Positions 9,467 through 19,830 of a DNA stretch of 64,000 nt are shown piece after piece. The stretch covers positions 13,054 to 77,053 of the forward strand of contig CAYLUV010000001.1 in NCBI GenBank assembly GCA_964386955.1. The letters run 5' to 3'. A program made the position numbers and the translations under genes. Position 1 is the stretch's first letter. Every line of letters starts with the position of its first letter. Source of the stretch: an uncultured Lachnospiraceae bacterium. Its GTDB lineage: Bacteria; Bacillota; Clostridia; Lachnospirales; Lachnospiraceae. The notes below the pieces were generated by a model, which made no database searches, was not told where the DNA came from, and saw nothing but the letters and a program-made list of their open reading frames with translations.

Positions 9467-11605
9467 ATGCAAGAAAAAAACAGCTTTAACGAACCGAAGA
9501 ATTTTACCAATCGGGAGCTTTCCTGGCTTCAGTTTAATGATCGAATCCTAAAGGAAGCCTGTGACAGCGAAAATCCTTTGATGGAGCGAGTGAATTTTTT
9601 GGGGATTACCGCTTCCAATCTGGATGAATTTTTTATGGTACGGGTGGCTTCACTAAAAGATATGATTCATGCTGGATACACCAAGGAAGATTTGGCGGGG
9701 ATGACCGCGGGAGAACAGTTAGCTGCTATTGCAGTGGAGACCCATCGCATGATAGAGGCACAATATCAAGTACTAAATCAGTCTTTGATTCCAGAGTTAG
9801 CTCAGGAAGGCATTTATTTTATTTCCAGGCATGAGGAGCTGACAGAGGAAGAGGGAGAGTATGTGGATGACTATTTCCATCGAAATATTTATCCGGTGTT
9901 GACACCGATGGCGGTGGATTCCTCCCGACCGTTTCCACTGATTCGGAATAAAACCTTAAATATAGCCGCTCTCATAAAAAATAAATCCGGGGAAAAGGGA
10001 TACGAGGTGGCTACCGTACAGGTGCCATCGGTGCTTCCAAGAGTTATTACGTTGCCTCAAAAAGAAGGGGAAGAGCGAAGAGTTTTGTTGCTGGAACAGG
10101 TCATTGAGCGAAATATCCATCAATTATTTTTAAATTATGAGGTAAAATGCGCCTATCCTTATCGTATTATGCGAAATGCTGACCTTACCATTGACGAGGA
10201 GGAGGCGGAAGATCTTTTAAAAGAAATTGAAAGACAGGTGCGAAGACGACAGTGGGGAGAAGTTATCAAGTTGGAATATGAGGAGGGCATGGAACCGGAA
10301 CTGGCAGCTTACTTAGAGGGACAGCTGGGAGTACAAAAGGTGGACATTTATGCTATCGATGGTCCACTGGATTTAACTTTTCTGATGAAACTATATGATT
10401 TGGAGGGACTTTCCAGGCTGAAAGAGACGCCTTATGAGCCGCAGCCAGTGGAGAATCTTCGACTGGATGAGACGATTTTTGAACAGATTAAGAAGAAGGA
10501 TGTTTTGATGCATCATCCCTATGACAGCTTTGATCCTGTTCTATGGTTTATTCATCAGGCGGCAGTGGATCCCGATGTGTTGGCCATTAAGATGACCTTA
10601 TACCGGGTCAGTGGTCACTCCCCTATTATTACTTCCCTTGCCCTGGCGGCGGAAAATGGCAAACAGGTCACCGTCCTGGTGGAACTAAAGGCAAGATTTG
10701 ATGAGGCCAACAATATTGTCTGGGCGAAGAAGCTGGAGCAGGCAGGATGCCATGTAATCTACGGTTTGGTAGGATTAAAAACCCACAGCAAGATTACATT
10801 GGTGGTGCGAAAAGAGGCAGAGGGAATCAAGCGATACGTTCATTTGGGAACGGGAAACTATAATGATTCCACAGCAAAGCGATACACAGACTTGGGCTTT
10901 TTTACATCAAATGACCTATTTGGAGAGGATGCCACAGCGGTCTTTAATATGCTTTCCGGTTACTCTGAACCGGCGCACTGGGAAAAACTTGCAGTGGCGC
11001 CAATTTGGTTAAAACATAAATTTCTGGAGCTGATTGGAAGAGAGACGAGAAACGCAATGGAGGGAAAAGAAGCCCGCATTGTGGCGAAGATGAATTCTCT
11101 TTGCGATCCGGATATGATTTGTGCTCTTTACAGAGCTTCCTGCGCTGGGGTGAAGATTCAGCTTATTGTGCGGGGAATTTGCTGTCTGATTGCCGGAAGA
11201 GCAGGGCTTAGTGAAAATATCGAAGTTCGTTCCATTGTGGGACAATTTTTAGAACATGGCCGGATTTTTTATTTTTACAATGGGGGACATGAAGAAGTAT
11301 ATCTGGGAAGTGCAGATTGGATGCCTCGCAACCTGGAACGACGAGTGGAGATCGTTTTTCCTGTGGAAGATGAAGACTTAAAAGAACGGGTAAAAGAGAT
11401 TCTTGCGATTCAGTTGGCAGACAATCGAAAAGCCCATATGATGCAGGAAGATGGCACCTACAAAAAGCCGGAAACAGAGGGAGAAGAACGAAGAGAAGCC
11501 CAGAGATATTTCTGTGAAGCAGCAGAAAAAAGGCAACTCCAGCAAAAAAATGAAAAGAAACGAATTTTTGAACCAATCTTTGGACCAGAGTCGGCAAAGG
11601 TTTGA
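9467..11605 (+). CDS. ppk1: Polyphosphate kinase 1
   Basis: A 712-aa protein with a PPK1 N-terminus (FTNRELSWLQFNDRILKEA...ERVNFLGITASNLDEFFMVRV), two PLD-like C-terminal domains (KTHSKITLVVRKE; VGQFLEHGRIFYF) and the typical length. It is adjacent to ppx. Confidence 0.95.
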   Translation: MQEKNSFNEPKNFTNRELSWLQFNDRILKEACDSENPLMERVNFLGITASNLDEFFMVRVASLKDMIHAGYTKEDLAGMTAGEQLAAIAVETHRMIEAQYQVLNQSLIPELAQEGIYFISRHEELTEEEGEYVDDYFHRNIYPVLTPMAVDSSRPFPLIRNKTLNIAALIKNKSGEKGYEVATVQVPSVLPRVITLPQKEGEERRVLLLEQVIERNIHQLFLNYEVKCAYPYRIMRNADLTIDEEEAEDLLKEIERQVRRRQWGEVIKLEYEEGMEPELAAYLEGQLGVQKVDIYAIDGPLDLTFLMKLYDLEGLSRLKETPYEPQPVENLRLDETIFEQIKKKDVLMHHPYDSFDPVLWFIHQAAVDPDVLAIKMTLYRVSGHSPIITSLALAAENGKQVTVLVELKARFDEANNIVWAKKLEQAGCHVIYGLVGLKTHSKITLVVRKEAEGIKRYVHLGTGNYNDSTAKRYTDLGFFTSNDLFGEDATAVFNMLSGYSEPAHWEKLAVAPIWLKHKFLELIGRETRNAMEGKEARIVAKMNSLCDPDMICALYRASCAGVKIQLIVRGICCLIAGRAGLSENIEVRSIVGQFLEHGRIFYFYNGGHEEVYLGSADWMPRNLERRVEIVFPVEDEDLKERVKEILAIQLADNRKAHMMQEDGTYKKPETEGEERREAQRYFCEAAEKRQLQQKNEKKRIFEPIFGPESAKV

Positions 11606-11714
11606 CAAAAGACAGGAAAAGTAAGATAATGAGTAACGGATTTACCGTTTTATAGCTGAAAACACAGCGAAAAATAGGACGGAGGAAACCATAGATCAGG
11701 TAAGGAGGAATGCA

Positions 11715-13946
11715 ATGAAACTTAGTATTATTGTTCCATTTTACAAGTACAGACAGTATTTGGAGGATTGTCTGGCAAGCTTGAAAGACAGTCAGTTAGA
11801 GGATTTTGAAACGATTTTGGTGCTGGATCATGTGGAAGAGGAGATACAGGACCTGATTGATGGATATAAAGAGTCCCTTCGCTTGAAGGTAGTTGAAGTA
11901 AAAGGGGCGGAACCTGGTGTTTCTGTAGCAAGAAATGCCGGATTAGCAGCAGCAGAAGGGGAATATGTGTATTTCCTGGACAGTGATGATTATCTCTATG
12001 AAGATACATTACAGATTCTTCTGGATAAGGAGAAAGAGACGGGAGCCGATGTTGTCTATGGAAGAAAGCGATATACCTGGTTTAGCCGCAAGGTGTATCT
12101 TGGGGTGACAGAGGAGCGACGCAACCTGGACGATGCTAACGAGATGAAGGATGACGGCGGAGAGGCAGACGTGGAAGCGGACGACGATACAGTACAGCTT
12201 TCTGACTACGAGATGGCGATGCACAAGCTGCTTCGTACCAGAAGAGGCATGCGAAACATTTCGTCCCTTCATATGCTGATTCGCAGAGAATTCTTGTTGG
12301 AAAGAAAGATTACATTCCCAGAACAGTTCTATCTCTATGCAGATATGTCCTTTGTAGTGGAATTGTTAAAATATACGAGAAGCTTTGCCTACTGTCCAAC
12401 GGCTTTCTATATTAAGAGAAAGCACAACGACCCTGTCAGTATGCCGGCAATTTCTCAGTCTGGGGTAGGCACCCGTATGGAAGAGCAGATGGAGGTCTTC
12501 GAGTATTGCCGCAGTCTGGTGGATGGGGAAGGAGAAATCCGTAAGACCTTAGATCGCAAATTGGTGAATTTCTACACCAATTATTTCGCATCCAAACTTC
12601 GTCGCGGTGTGGAAAAGAGCTGGAGAACCACTCGATTTGAGACCATCGGAAGATTGCTTGCAGACACCCATCCAGAGATTTTGCGAGAGCTGCATGGCTA
12701 CAAAAAGAAAGTGGTACAGGCAGCCATCAACAGGGATGTGGAGAAGGCAACGAAGATTTCCAATCAGCATTTGGCAGTAATCAAGGCCAAAAAGATTGTA
12801 AGAAACCGCAACGAGTTATACAAATATCTGTACAAAAATAAATATTCCAAAGAGCCAATCGAGGAAAAATGGGTGATGTTTGAGACTTTCTTCGGAAAGA
12901 ACTATTCCGATAGCCCAAAATATATCTATGAATATTTGGCAAACCACAACACAAAGGATTATAAATTTATCTGGGTATTGAATAACGGTACAAAGCCGCC
13001 TTATGGTGCCACCGTGGTAAAACGGTTCTCTAAGGAATATGCTTATTATCTGGCAAAATGTAAATACTTTGTATTTAACGTAAGACAGCCTCTCTGGTTT
13101 GTAAAGAGAGAGGGACAGGTATTTTTGGAGACATGGCATGGAACACCGCTGAAAAAGCTTGTATTTGATCAGGAAGAAGTAACTTCTGCAGATCCTCATT
13201 ACAAGGCACAGTTCTATCGTCAGAGAGCAGAGTGGGATTATCTCATTGCAGCCAATCCATTTTCCACAAAGACTTTCCGAAGCTGCTTTAAGTTTGACAA
13301 TGAGATGCTGGAAGTAGGATATCCTAGAAATGACTTACTTTACCATCCAAATAAAGAAAAAATTGCAGAAAATCTGAAGAAGAAATTGGGAATTCCGCAG
13401 GATAAGAAAACTATTCTTTATGCACCAACATGGCGTGATGATGAGTATTATAAGCCCGGACAGTACAAATTCCAGCTGCAGTTAAATCTCCAGAAGATGA
13501 AGGCAGCATTGGGAGATGAGTATGTGATTCTTCTTCGTATGCACCACTATGTGGCGGACAATCTGGATGTGACAGGGGTGGAAGATTTCGCCATTAACTT
13601 AAGTAAATACGATGACATCACAGAGATTTATCTGGTTTCTGATCTGTGTATTACAGATTATTCCTCCGTATTCTTTGACTATGCGAACTTGAAACGTCCG
13701 GTACTTTTCTATACCTATGACATTGAGAAATACAGAGACATTCTTCGTGGCTTCTACATTGATATCAACACAGAAGTGCCAGGACCATTGGTGTACACCA
13801 CAGAGGAAGTGATTGATGCCATCCAGAACATTGATCAGATTACAGAGCAGTACAAAGAGCGCTACGAGGAATTCTATGAGAGGTTCTGTAGCGTGGACGA
13901 TGGAAATGCTTCCAAGAGAACAGTAGAACGGGTTTTTGATCTGTAA
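11715..13946 (+). CDS. Bifunctional family-2 glycosyltransferase / CDP-glycerol glycerophosphotransferase (TagF-like)
   Basis: The N-terminus has GT2 motifs (LSIIVPFYK...ARNAGLAAAEGEYVYFLDSDDYL). The C-terminal half is TagF-family (ETWHGTPLKKL...YAPTWRDDE...ITDYSSVFFDY). SD AAGGAGG lies upstream. Confidence 0.85.
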   Translation: MKLSIIVPFYKYRQYLEDCLASLKDSQLEDFETILVLDHVEEEIQDLIDGYKESLRLKVVEVKGAEPGVSVARNAGLAAAEGEYVYFLDSDDYLYEDTLQILLDKEKETGADVVYGRKRYTWFSRKVYLGVTEERRNLDDANEMKDDGGEADVEADDDTVQLSDYEMAMHKLLRTRRGMRNISSLHMLIRREFLLERKITFPEQFYLYADMSFVVELLKYTRSFAYCPTAFYIKRKHNDPVSMPAISQSGVGTRMEEQMEVFEYCRSLVDGEGEIRKTLDRKLVNFYTNYFASKLRRGVEKSWRTTRFETIGRLLADTHPEILRELHGYKKKVVQAAINRDVEKATKISNQHLAVIKAKKIVRNRNELYKYLYKNKYSKEPIEEKWVMFETFFGKNYSDSPKYIYEYLANHNTKDYKFIWVLNNGTKPPYGATVVKRFSKEYAYYLAKCKYFVFNVRQPLWFVKREGQVFLETWHGTPLKKLVFDQEEVTSADPHYKAQFYRQRAEWDYLIAANPFSTKTFRSCFKFDNEMLEVGYPRNDLLYHPNKEKIAENLKKKLGIPQDKKTILYAPTWRDDEYYKPGQYKFQLQLNLQKMKAALGDEYVILLRMHHYVADNLDVTGVEDFAINLSKYDDITEIYLVSDLCITDYSSVFFDYANLKRPVLFYTYDIEKYRDILRGFYIDINTEVPGPLVYTTEEVIDAIQNIDQITEQYKERYEEFYERFCSVDDGNASKRTVERVFDL

Positions 13947-14035
13947 CAGTATAGGAAAGCGGCAGATTCTAAGGAAAATCCATCTTGTCAGATGGTCTGC
14001 TGCTTCACTGTTTCGTAAGTAATAAGAAGAAACTG

Positions 14036-14064
14036 TTGCATATAAAAATAATTCGTAGTATAAT
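14036..14064 (+). promoter_or_regulatory. Sigma-A-type promoter for the tagGH-like genes
   Basis: TTGCAT 14036-14041, a 17-nt spacer, then TATAAT 14059-14064. Confidence 0.5.
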
Positions 14065-14098
14065 CTTGTTGCTTATTACGAAGAAATGGAGATAAGAT

Positions 14099-14875
14099 AT
14101 GAAGCAATATATGAAGAACTTTGCCAAGTATCGTTTTTTGCTGAACGAACTGGTAAAGAAAGGAATTAAGTTGAAATACAGACGTTCCTATCTTGGTATT
14201 ATCTGGACTCTGCTGGAGCCATTAATGACCATGATGGTACTCTGTCTAGTATTCGGAACCTTATTTGGAAAAGATGATCCGACTTTCCCAGTTTATGTCT
14301 TAACTGGTCGTCTGCTGTATTCTTTCTTTTCCACAGCAACAAAGACTGCCATGCGTTCCGTAAGGCAAAATGCAGCTATGATTAAGAAAGTGTACGTGCC
14401 AAAGTATATGTATCCATTGTCAACAGTTATTTATGAGTATGTCATTTTCCTGATTTCTCTTATTGTACTGTTTGTGGTTGCCGTTGTATTAAAGGTTAGA
14501 CCAACCATTTATCTGATTCAGGCGGTGGTACCGTTGATCTTAATTTTTATTTTGGTATTGGGCGTGGGACTGATTCTGTCCAACATTGCGGTATTTTTCC
14601 GTGATATGGAATATATCTGGAGTGTTGGTTTGATGCTTATTATGTATACTTGTGCTATCTTCTACAAGACAGAGAAGGTTATTGGCACTGGAAATGGATG
14701 GGTATTCAAGATTAATCCGCTGTACTCTATCATTGCCATCTTTAGAAATGCAGTGTACGGACAGCCAATGGAGCTGTATCATCTGTGCTACGCAACCATC
14801 TGTGCCTTTGGCGCACTTATTGTAGGTGTTGTTTTATTTATTCGTAAACAGGATGACTTTATCTTGTACTTATAG
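14099..14875 (+). CDS. tagG: ABC-2-type polymer (teichoic acid/polysaccharide) export permease, TagG-like
   Basis: A 258-aa protein with six hydrophobic segments and an ABC-2 N-terminal signature (LLNELVKKGIKLKYRRSYLGIIWTLLEPL). It is immediately followed by the cognate ATPase. Confidence 0.85.
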   Translation: MKQYMKNFAKYRFLLNELVKKGIKLKYRRSYLGIIWTLLEPLMTMMVLCLVFGTLFGKDDPTFPVYVLTGRLLYSFFSTATKTAMRSVRQNAAMIKKVYVPKYMYPLSTVIYEYVIFLISLIVLFVVAVVLKVRPTIYLIQAVVPLILIFILVLGVGLILSNIAVFFRDMEYIWSVGLMLIMYTCAIFYKTEKVIGTGNGWVFKINPLYSIIAIFRNAVYGQPMELYHLCYATICAFGALIVGVVLFIRKQDDFILYL

Positions 14876-14886
14876 GAGGAAACGCT

Positions 14887-15630
14887 GTGGCAAAGACAGT
14901 ATTGAAGGTTGAACACGTAGGAATGAAGTTTAACCTGAGTAAAGAAAAGGTAGATAATCTGAAAGAGTACGTGATAAAGGCACTGAAACATCAGATTTCA
15001 TATAATGAGTTCTGGGCGTTAAAGGATGTAAACTTTACCCTGGAAAAGGGCGATCGTCTGGGTATCTTAGGTCTCAATGGAGCGGGAAAAAGTACCCTGT
15101 TAAAGGTAATCGCCGGCGTATTGAAGCCAACAGAGGGTTCTGTTTCCACCAAGGGAAGAGTGGTACCTCTTCTGGAACTTGGAGCAGGTTTTGACCCTCA
15201 GTATACTGGTGCAGAGAACATCTATCTCTATGGCTCTGTGCTGGGATATTCTAGAGAATTTTTGGATTCCAAATATAAAGAGATCGTGGAATTTTCGGAA
15301 CTTGGAGATTTCATCGACGTACCGATCAAGAACTATTCATCCGGTATGAAGGCTCGTCTTGGTTTCTCTATTGCGACGGTAGTAGAGCCAGAGATTCTGA
15401 TTTTGGATGAAGTATTGTCTGTTGGAGATGCTAAGTTTAGAAAGAAGAGTGAAAAGAAGATTATGGGTATGTTCGACAAGGATGTTACCGTGCTTTTCGT
15501 ATCTCACTCTTTGGAGCAGGTAAAGAGACTTTGCAACAAAGCCATTTTGTTGGAGAAGGGCAAGATCATCTCTGCAGGAGATATTGATTCTGTCAGCGAA
15601 GTATATTTGCAGAAAACAGGTGGTTATTAA
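14887..15630 (+). CDS. tagH: Polymer export ABC transporter ATP-binding protein, TagH-like
   Basis: Walker A GLNGAGKST, ABC signature YSSGMKARLGFS and Walker B ILILDE. GTG start 11 nt after the permease stop, with SD AGGAGGA. Confidence 0.88.
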   Translation: MAKTVLKVEHVGMKFNLSKEKVDNLKEYVIKALKHQISYNEFWALKDVNFTLEKGDRLGILGLNGAGKSTLLKVIAGVLKPTEGSVSTKGRVVPLLELGAGFDPQYTGAENIYLYGSVLGYSREFLDSKYKEIVEFSELGDFIDVPIKNYSSGMKARLGFSIATVVEPEILILDEVLSVGDAKFRKKSEKKIMGMFDKDVTVLFVSHSLEQVKRLCNKAILLEKGKIISAGDIDSVSEVYLQKTGGY

Positions 15631-15641
15631 AATGTAAGGAG

Positions 15642-15668
15642 GGGAGTGCATGGCGCTCCCTTTTTCTT
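15642..15668 (+). terminator. Rho-independent terminator after the tagH-like gene
   Basis: GGGAGTGC (15642-15649) / GCGCTCCC (15653-15660) with one G-U pair, followed by T5. Confidence 0.55.
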
Positions 15669-15683
15669 TATACGAGGTATAGC

Positions 15684-16871
15684 ATGAAAAATAAGCTAAG
15701 AAGGATAATAAAAAAAATAACGGTTCAGTGTTATAGAGGAATGGTGCGTCTGTTGCCGGTGCAAAAAAAGACGATTCTTTTTGAGAGTAATCTAGGACGC
15801 AATTATACGGGAAATCCCAGAGCCATTTATGAGAAATTCGTGGAGCAGGGCTTGGACAAGGAATATCGCTGTGTCTGGTTTTTTGAACATCCGCAGCAGG
15901 AAATTCCCGGAAATGCCAAGATAGTAAAGCGGGCAAGAATGCGTTATTTGTACTATATGGCCATCGGTGGCGTTTGGATTTTTGACTGCAGACAGCCAGA
16001 GTTCTTGATCAAGAGAAAAGATACCACCTATATTCAGACCTGGCATGGTACGCCACTAAAGAAGCTGGCTTTGGATATGGAGCGGATTGATTCTGTGGTG
16101 AGTGCCTCCATTGAGGAATACCATGAGGCCTTTCGTAAAAATACAGCCACATGGGATTACTTGATTTCTCAGAACCATTTTTCCACGGAGATTTTTCGCC
16201 GCTGTTTTGCCTTTGAGTATAAGCCAATCCTGGAGATTGGTTATCCTAGAAATGATATTCTGTTTTATGGAAATACCAAAGAGGAAATCAAGGCATGGAA
16301 AGAAAAAATGGGAATTCCCCCTCATAAGAAAGTAATTCTCTATGCTCCTACCTGGAGGGACAATGCCTTTTACAGCCAGGGCAGATACAAATTTGTGTCC
16401 CCTCTTGACTTTGACCGGGCAAGAGAAGTGCTGGGGGAGGAATATGTGATCTTAGTGAAATATCACTATCTGGTGGCAGATCAGATTGATTGGAGCGCCT
16501 ATAAGGGCTTTGTATATAGCTTCGATGAGAAGGTGGATATTGCAAGGCTGTATTTGGCAGCAGATCTTCTGATTACCGATTACTCTTCTGTCATGTTTGA
16601 TTACAGCATTTTACAAAGACCGATGTTTTTCTTTGCCTATGATCTGGAAGATTACAAGGATAGTCTGCGAGGCTTCTATTTTGACTTTTTGGAGGAAGCG
16701 CCGGGACCAATTTCTAAGGATACGGAGCAGCTTCTTACAGATATTTTGCACTATGAAAAGAGTCAGTGGCAGGAGAAATACGAGGCTTTTCATGAGAAAT
16801 ACAACCATGTGGATGACGGAAGGGCAGCGGAGAAAATCCTTAAATTAGTGGAAGAGGTAACAAAACAGTAA
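15684..16871 (+). CDS. CDP-glycerol glycerophosphotransferase family protein (TagF/TagB-like)
   Basis: TagF-family motifs: TWHGTPLKKL, YAPTWRDN, ITDYSSVMFDY, RGFYFD. Confidence 0.85.
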   Translation: MKNKLRRIIKKITVQCYRGMVRLLPVQKKTILFESNLGRNYTGNPRAIYEKFVEQGLDKEYRCVWFFEHPQQEIPGNAKIVKRARMRYLYYMAIGGVWIFDCRQPEFLIKRKDTTYIQTWHGTPLKKLALDMERIDSVVSASIEEYHEAFRKNTATWDYLISQNHFSTEIFRRCFAFEYKPILEIGYPRNDILFYGNTKEEIKAWKEKMGIPPHKKVILYAPTWRDNAFYSQGRYKFVSPLDFDRAREVLGEEYVILVKYHYLVADQIDWSAYKGFVYSFDEKVDIARLYLAADLLITDYSSVMFDYSILQRPMFFFAYDLEDYKDSLRGFYFDFLEEAPGPISKDTEQLLTDILHYEKSQWQEKYEAFHEKYNHVDDGRAAEKILKLVEEVTKQ

Positions 16872-16900
16872 AATAGAGTTTCGGATGAGGAGGAAATAGA

Positions 16901-18031
16901 ATGAAAGAAATGGGATATCGCATATTTGCTTTCTTTTATACAATATTTAAGCTGTTTCCGATAAAGAAAAATACGGCTTTTCTTGTAATGACCCACGATT
17001 CTGGATCGGAAGGCAATGTATCGGTATTATTTTCCTATATGGAGAAAAATTATGGCACCAAGGGAGAACGCTTGGTGAGAAGGGATACGGACTTTTCTGG
17101 AGAGGGAAAAGGAAGAAGAGCCTGTGTCTTTTTCCTAAAGAAATCCTGGAAGATGGCAAGAGCAGAGTATATCTTTATGGATAATGCCTTTTTGCCTATG
17201 GCATATTTAAAGGTGCGAAAAAATACCAAGGTGGTGCAACTTTGGCATGGCACGGGAACCATTAAGAAATTTGGTCAGGATGTGAATGAAGGAAAGCTCT
17301 ATGAACTGGAAAAAAGAGCCAACAGCAACATTGACTACCTGATTGTCAATTCAGAGGCTACGAGAGAACTCTACAGTGGATGTTTTTCCGTTCCTTTAGA
17401 AAAGGTAAAGGTGATGGGACTTCCAAGGACAGACCTTCTTTTTTCGGAAAGCCAGATTCGCATGAGAAAAGAACGATTTTATCGGCAGTATCCGGAATTG
17501 CGGCGAAAAAAGATTATCCTCTATGCCCCAACTTTTCGAGATCATGAGGTGAAGGATCCAAAGATCTACTTGGATGTAAGAAAGATGGCGGAGCAATTGC
17601 CGGAGGAATACTGTCTTGGTCTGCGCTTACACCCATTTGTGGCATCCTCTTTTCAATTTCCGGAGGACTTGAAAGAAAAAATCGTGAATTTTTCAGGCTA
17701 TGACAGTATCAATAGCTTGTTGATGGTGACGGACATTTTGATTACAGACTATTCTTCCATTATCTTTGAGTATTGCATTTACCGAAGACCAATGCTATTT
17801 TTTGCCTATGATTTGGAGGAATTTTCTGATCACGGAAGAGGTTTTTATCGGGATTATGAAACCTATGTGCCGGGTCCGGTGGTAAAAACAACAGAAGAAC
17901 TTTTGGATGTGATACAAAGAGAAGATTATAGAAAAGAAAAGCTTCACGATTTTGTAAAGGAATCCTATCGATATATGGATGGAAAATCAGCCAAGAGAAT
18001 TGCAGATTTTCTGGTAAAGGGAAAAGAATAA
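16901..18031 (+). CDS. CDP-glycerol glycerophosphotransferase family protein (TagB/TagF-like)
   Basis: TagF-family motifs: LWHGTGTIKKFG, YAPTFRD, ITDYSSIIFEY, RGFYRD. SD GAGGAGG lies upstream. Confidence 0.85.
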   Translation: MKEMGYRIFAFFYTIFKLFPIKKNTAFLVMTHDSGSEGNVSVLFSYMEKNYGTKGERLVRRDTDFSGEGKGRRACVFFLKKSWKMARAEYIFMDNAFLPMAYLKVRKNTKVVQLWHGTGTIKKFGQDVNEGKLYELEKRANSNIDYLIVNSEATRELYSGCFSVPLEKVKVMGLPRTDLLFSESQIRMRKERFYRQYPELRRKKIILYAPTFRDHEVKDPKIYLDVRKMAEQLPEEYCLGLRLHPFVASSFQFPEDLKEKIVNFSGYDSINSLLMVTDILITDYSSIIFEYCIYRRPMLFFAYDLEEFSDHGRGFYRDYETYVPGPVVKTTEELLDVIQREDYRKEKLHDFVKESYRYMDGKSAKRIADFLVKGKE

Positions 18032-18034
18032 AAA

Positions 18035-18081
18035 AATAGGTAAATCTAAGGAGAAGTTTCCTCGGATTTACCTATTTTTTT
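18035..18081. terminator. Bidirectional terminator between the TagB-like gene (+) and htrA (-)
   Basis: 12-bp stem AATAGGTAAATC (18035-18046) / GATTTACCTATT (18065-18076), flanked by A6 upstream and a T run downstream. Confidence 0.75.
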
Positions 18082-18114
18082 AGTTAAAATATTTTCCTTT
18101 GGAAAAAGGGAAAT

Positions 18115-19587
18115 TTATTTTTGTTCAGATTTTGCACCTAAGGTAATCGTTAAGTCTTTTTCTTCAAATTCACCAAGCTGCGTTCTTCTGGATACAGTGA
18201 TGATTACCTCGTCACCGGCCTTATTGTTGCCCATTTTGTTAATCAAGCTTTCCATGGATGTAACGGAATTACCCTGATATTTTATGATAACATCACCAGC
18301 GTAAATACCGCCATTTTCTGCAGGAGATCCCTGCTGTACTTCCTGCACATAGATTCCTTCTGGAAGACCTAACTGCTGAGAGTAGGATTCTGTAATATCA
18401 CTTCCGGAAATACCAAGATATGCCTGCTGGCTTTCAGGAATGGTTTCCTTATTCATCAGTGCCTCGATGATAGGTTTTGCAGTGTCAATTGGGATGGCAT
18501 ATCCCATACCTTCTACCGTTGTATCAGAGTATTTTACCGTATTGATACCGATAACTTCGCCTTTGATATTTAAAAGTGCGCCGCCGCTGTTACCAGGGTT
18601 GATGGCTGCATCTGTCTGAAGAAGAGTCATAGTCTTGTCAGTCAGGGCAACTTCACGATCTTTTGCGCTGACATAACCGGCAGTAACGGACTGACCATAG
18701 CCTAAGGCGTTACCGATGGCGATGGCTGGTTCTCCAACTTTTAATGCGGAGGAATCTCCAAGGGTTGCAACCTTGATAGAAGATTTGGTTGTGTCATTTA
18801 ATTTATTCATTGGAACGGACACAACAGCCAAATCTGCATCGGAATCGTATCCTTTTACGGAAGCTTCTACGCTGGAATCATCAATAAAACCAACGGAGAG
18901 AGATTTGGCATCTTCGATAACATGGTAGTTGGTTACTACAAGAAGTTCGGAATCATTCTGACCGATGATAATACCGGATCCAGCACCCTCAGATTCCTGT
19001 GTGCCGCTCTGTCCCCACCATCCGTAGCTTATCTGCTGTTCCACAATACTTGTGATGGATACAATGGAAGGCATAACGTTTTCTACTGTCTGGGAAAGGT
19101 CTGTGGTTGTGGAAATGGTATCTTTGCTGGTGGTCAATGTGGTGGTAGCTTGAATCGCGCTGTTCGCTGGATTTGCAGATGGATTTATCTTGTAATACAC
19201 TGCATTAAAGCCCTGGAAAGCTGCGCCAGCCACAAGTCCGAAGGCAAGTGCCGCTGCCACAAATTTTATAAAACGGCGTCCCTTTCCTTTTTTCTTTGTC
19301 TTCTTTGGTTCCTCCACAGGAGGTGTTGCCTTTCGATATGCGTAGTGGTAGGTGGTATCCTCCTCTGACTGGTCATGGAGATGATTGAAGTAGCCAGAAT
19401 CCTGACTGGCTGCTGACTCTGCAGATGCTTCGGAATCAACATGACTGGAAGTTTCATAAGGATTCTCAGCTCCAGTGTCTATCGTTTGTTCGGAAGAATC
19501 AAATACATTATTTGTTGTCTCCGTAGACGCATCATAGTTCTCAGATTCGCCAGATGTATTAAAATCATTAGAATTGAAATCGCTCAT
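18115..19587 (-). CDS. htrA: HtrA/DegP-family membrane-anchored serine protease with PDZ domain
   Basis: Trypsin-like catalytic motifs (VVTNYHVI; DLAVV; TDAAINPGNSGGALLN), a C-terminal PDZ-like segment (GIYVQEVQQGSPAENGGIYAGDVII) and one TM helix (FIKFVAAALAFGLVAGAAF). These follow a Ser/Glu/Asp-rich N-terminal region of about 100 aa. Confidence 0.9.
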   Translation of the reverse strand: MSDFNSNDFNTSGESENYDASTETTNNVFDSSEQTIDTGAENPYETSSHVDSEASAESAASQDSGYFNHLHDQSEEDTTYHYAYRKATPPVEEPKKTKKKGKGRRFIKFVAAALAFGLVAGAAFQGFNAVYYKINPSANPANSAIQATTTLTTSKDTISTTTDLSQTVENVMPSIVSITSIVEQQISYGWWGQSGTQESEGAGSGIIIGQNDSELLVVTNYHVIEDAKSLSVGFIDDSSVEASVKGYDSDADLAVVSVPMNKLNDTTKSSIKVATLGDSSALKVGEPAIAIGNALGYGQSVTAGYVSAKDREVALTDKTMTLLQTDAAINPGNSGGALLNIKGEVIGINTVKYSDTTVEGMGYAIPIDTAKPIIEALMNKETIPESQQAYLGISGSDITESYSQQLGLPEGIYVQEVQQGSPAENGGIYAGDVIIKYQGNSVTSMESLINKMGNNKAGDEVIITVSRRTQLGEFEEKDLTITLGAKSEQK

Positions 19588-19830
19588 AATAAATGCTCCT
19601 TTCTTTCTCTTGCCTCTCTTTATTTACAGGCATATCTTAGCAATCTTTTGTGTAAAAAGTGTGTCGGTTTTGTTTTGATTTTGTGGGGAAAATGAGAATC
19701 ACAAAATGGTCACAGGAATCTGAAATAATAACTTTTGTCAGTAACAGCACCCCTATACAAGAGGGGATTTTTTGTGATATACTATTACTAAGTATGCAAA
19801 TAATGAAGATTTACATTTGGGAGAAAAAAT

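Noticed and set aside
15337-15936. A 199-aa minus-strand ORF spanning the tagH-like 3' end, the terminator and the TagF-like 5' end.
   Set aside because: It overlaps two strongly supported plus-strand genes and a terminator. It has no recognisable motifs or RBS.
19750-19773. A terminator-like hairpin (CCCCT-7 nt-AGGGG followed by T6) on the plus strand, upstream of the sugar transferase gene and with no plus-strand gene before it.
   Set aside because: The stem is only 5 bp. It overlaps the likely -35/-10 region (TGaTATACT at about 19774-19782). There is not enough evidence for an sRNA or an attenuator.
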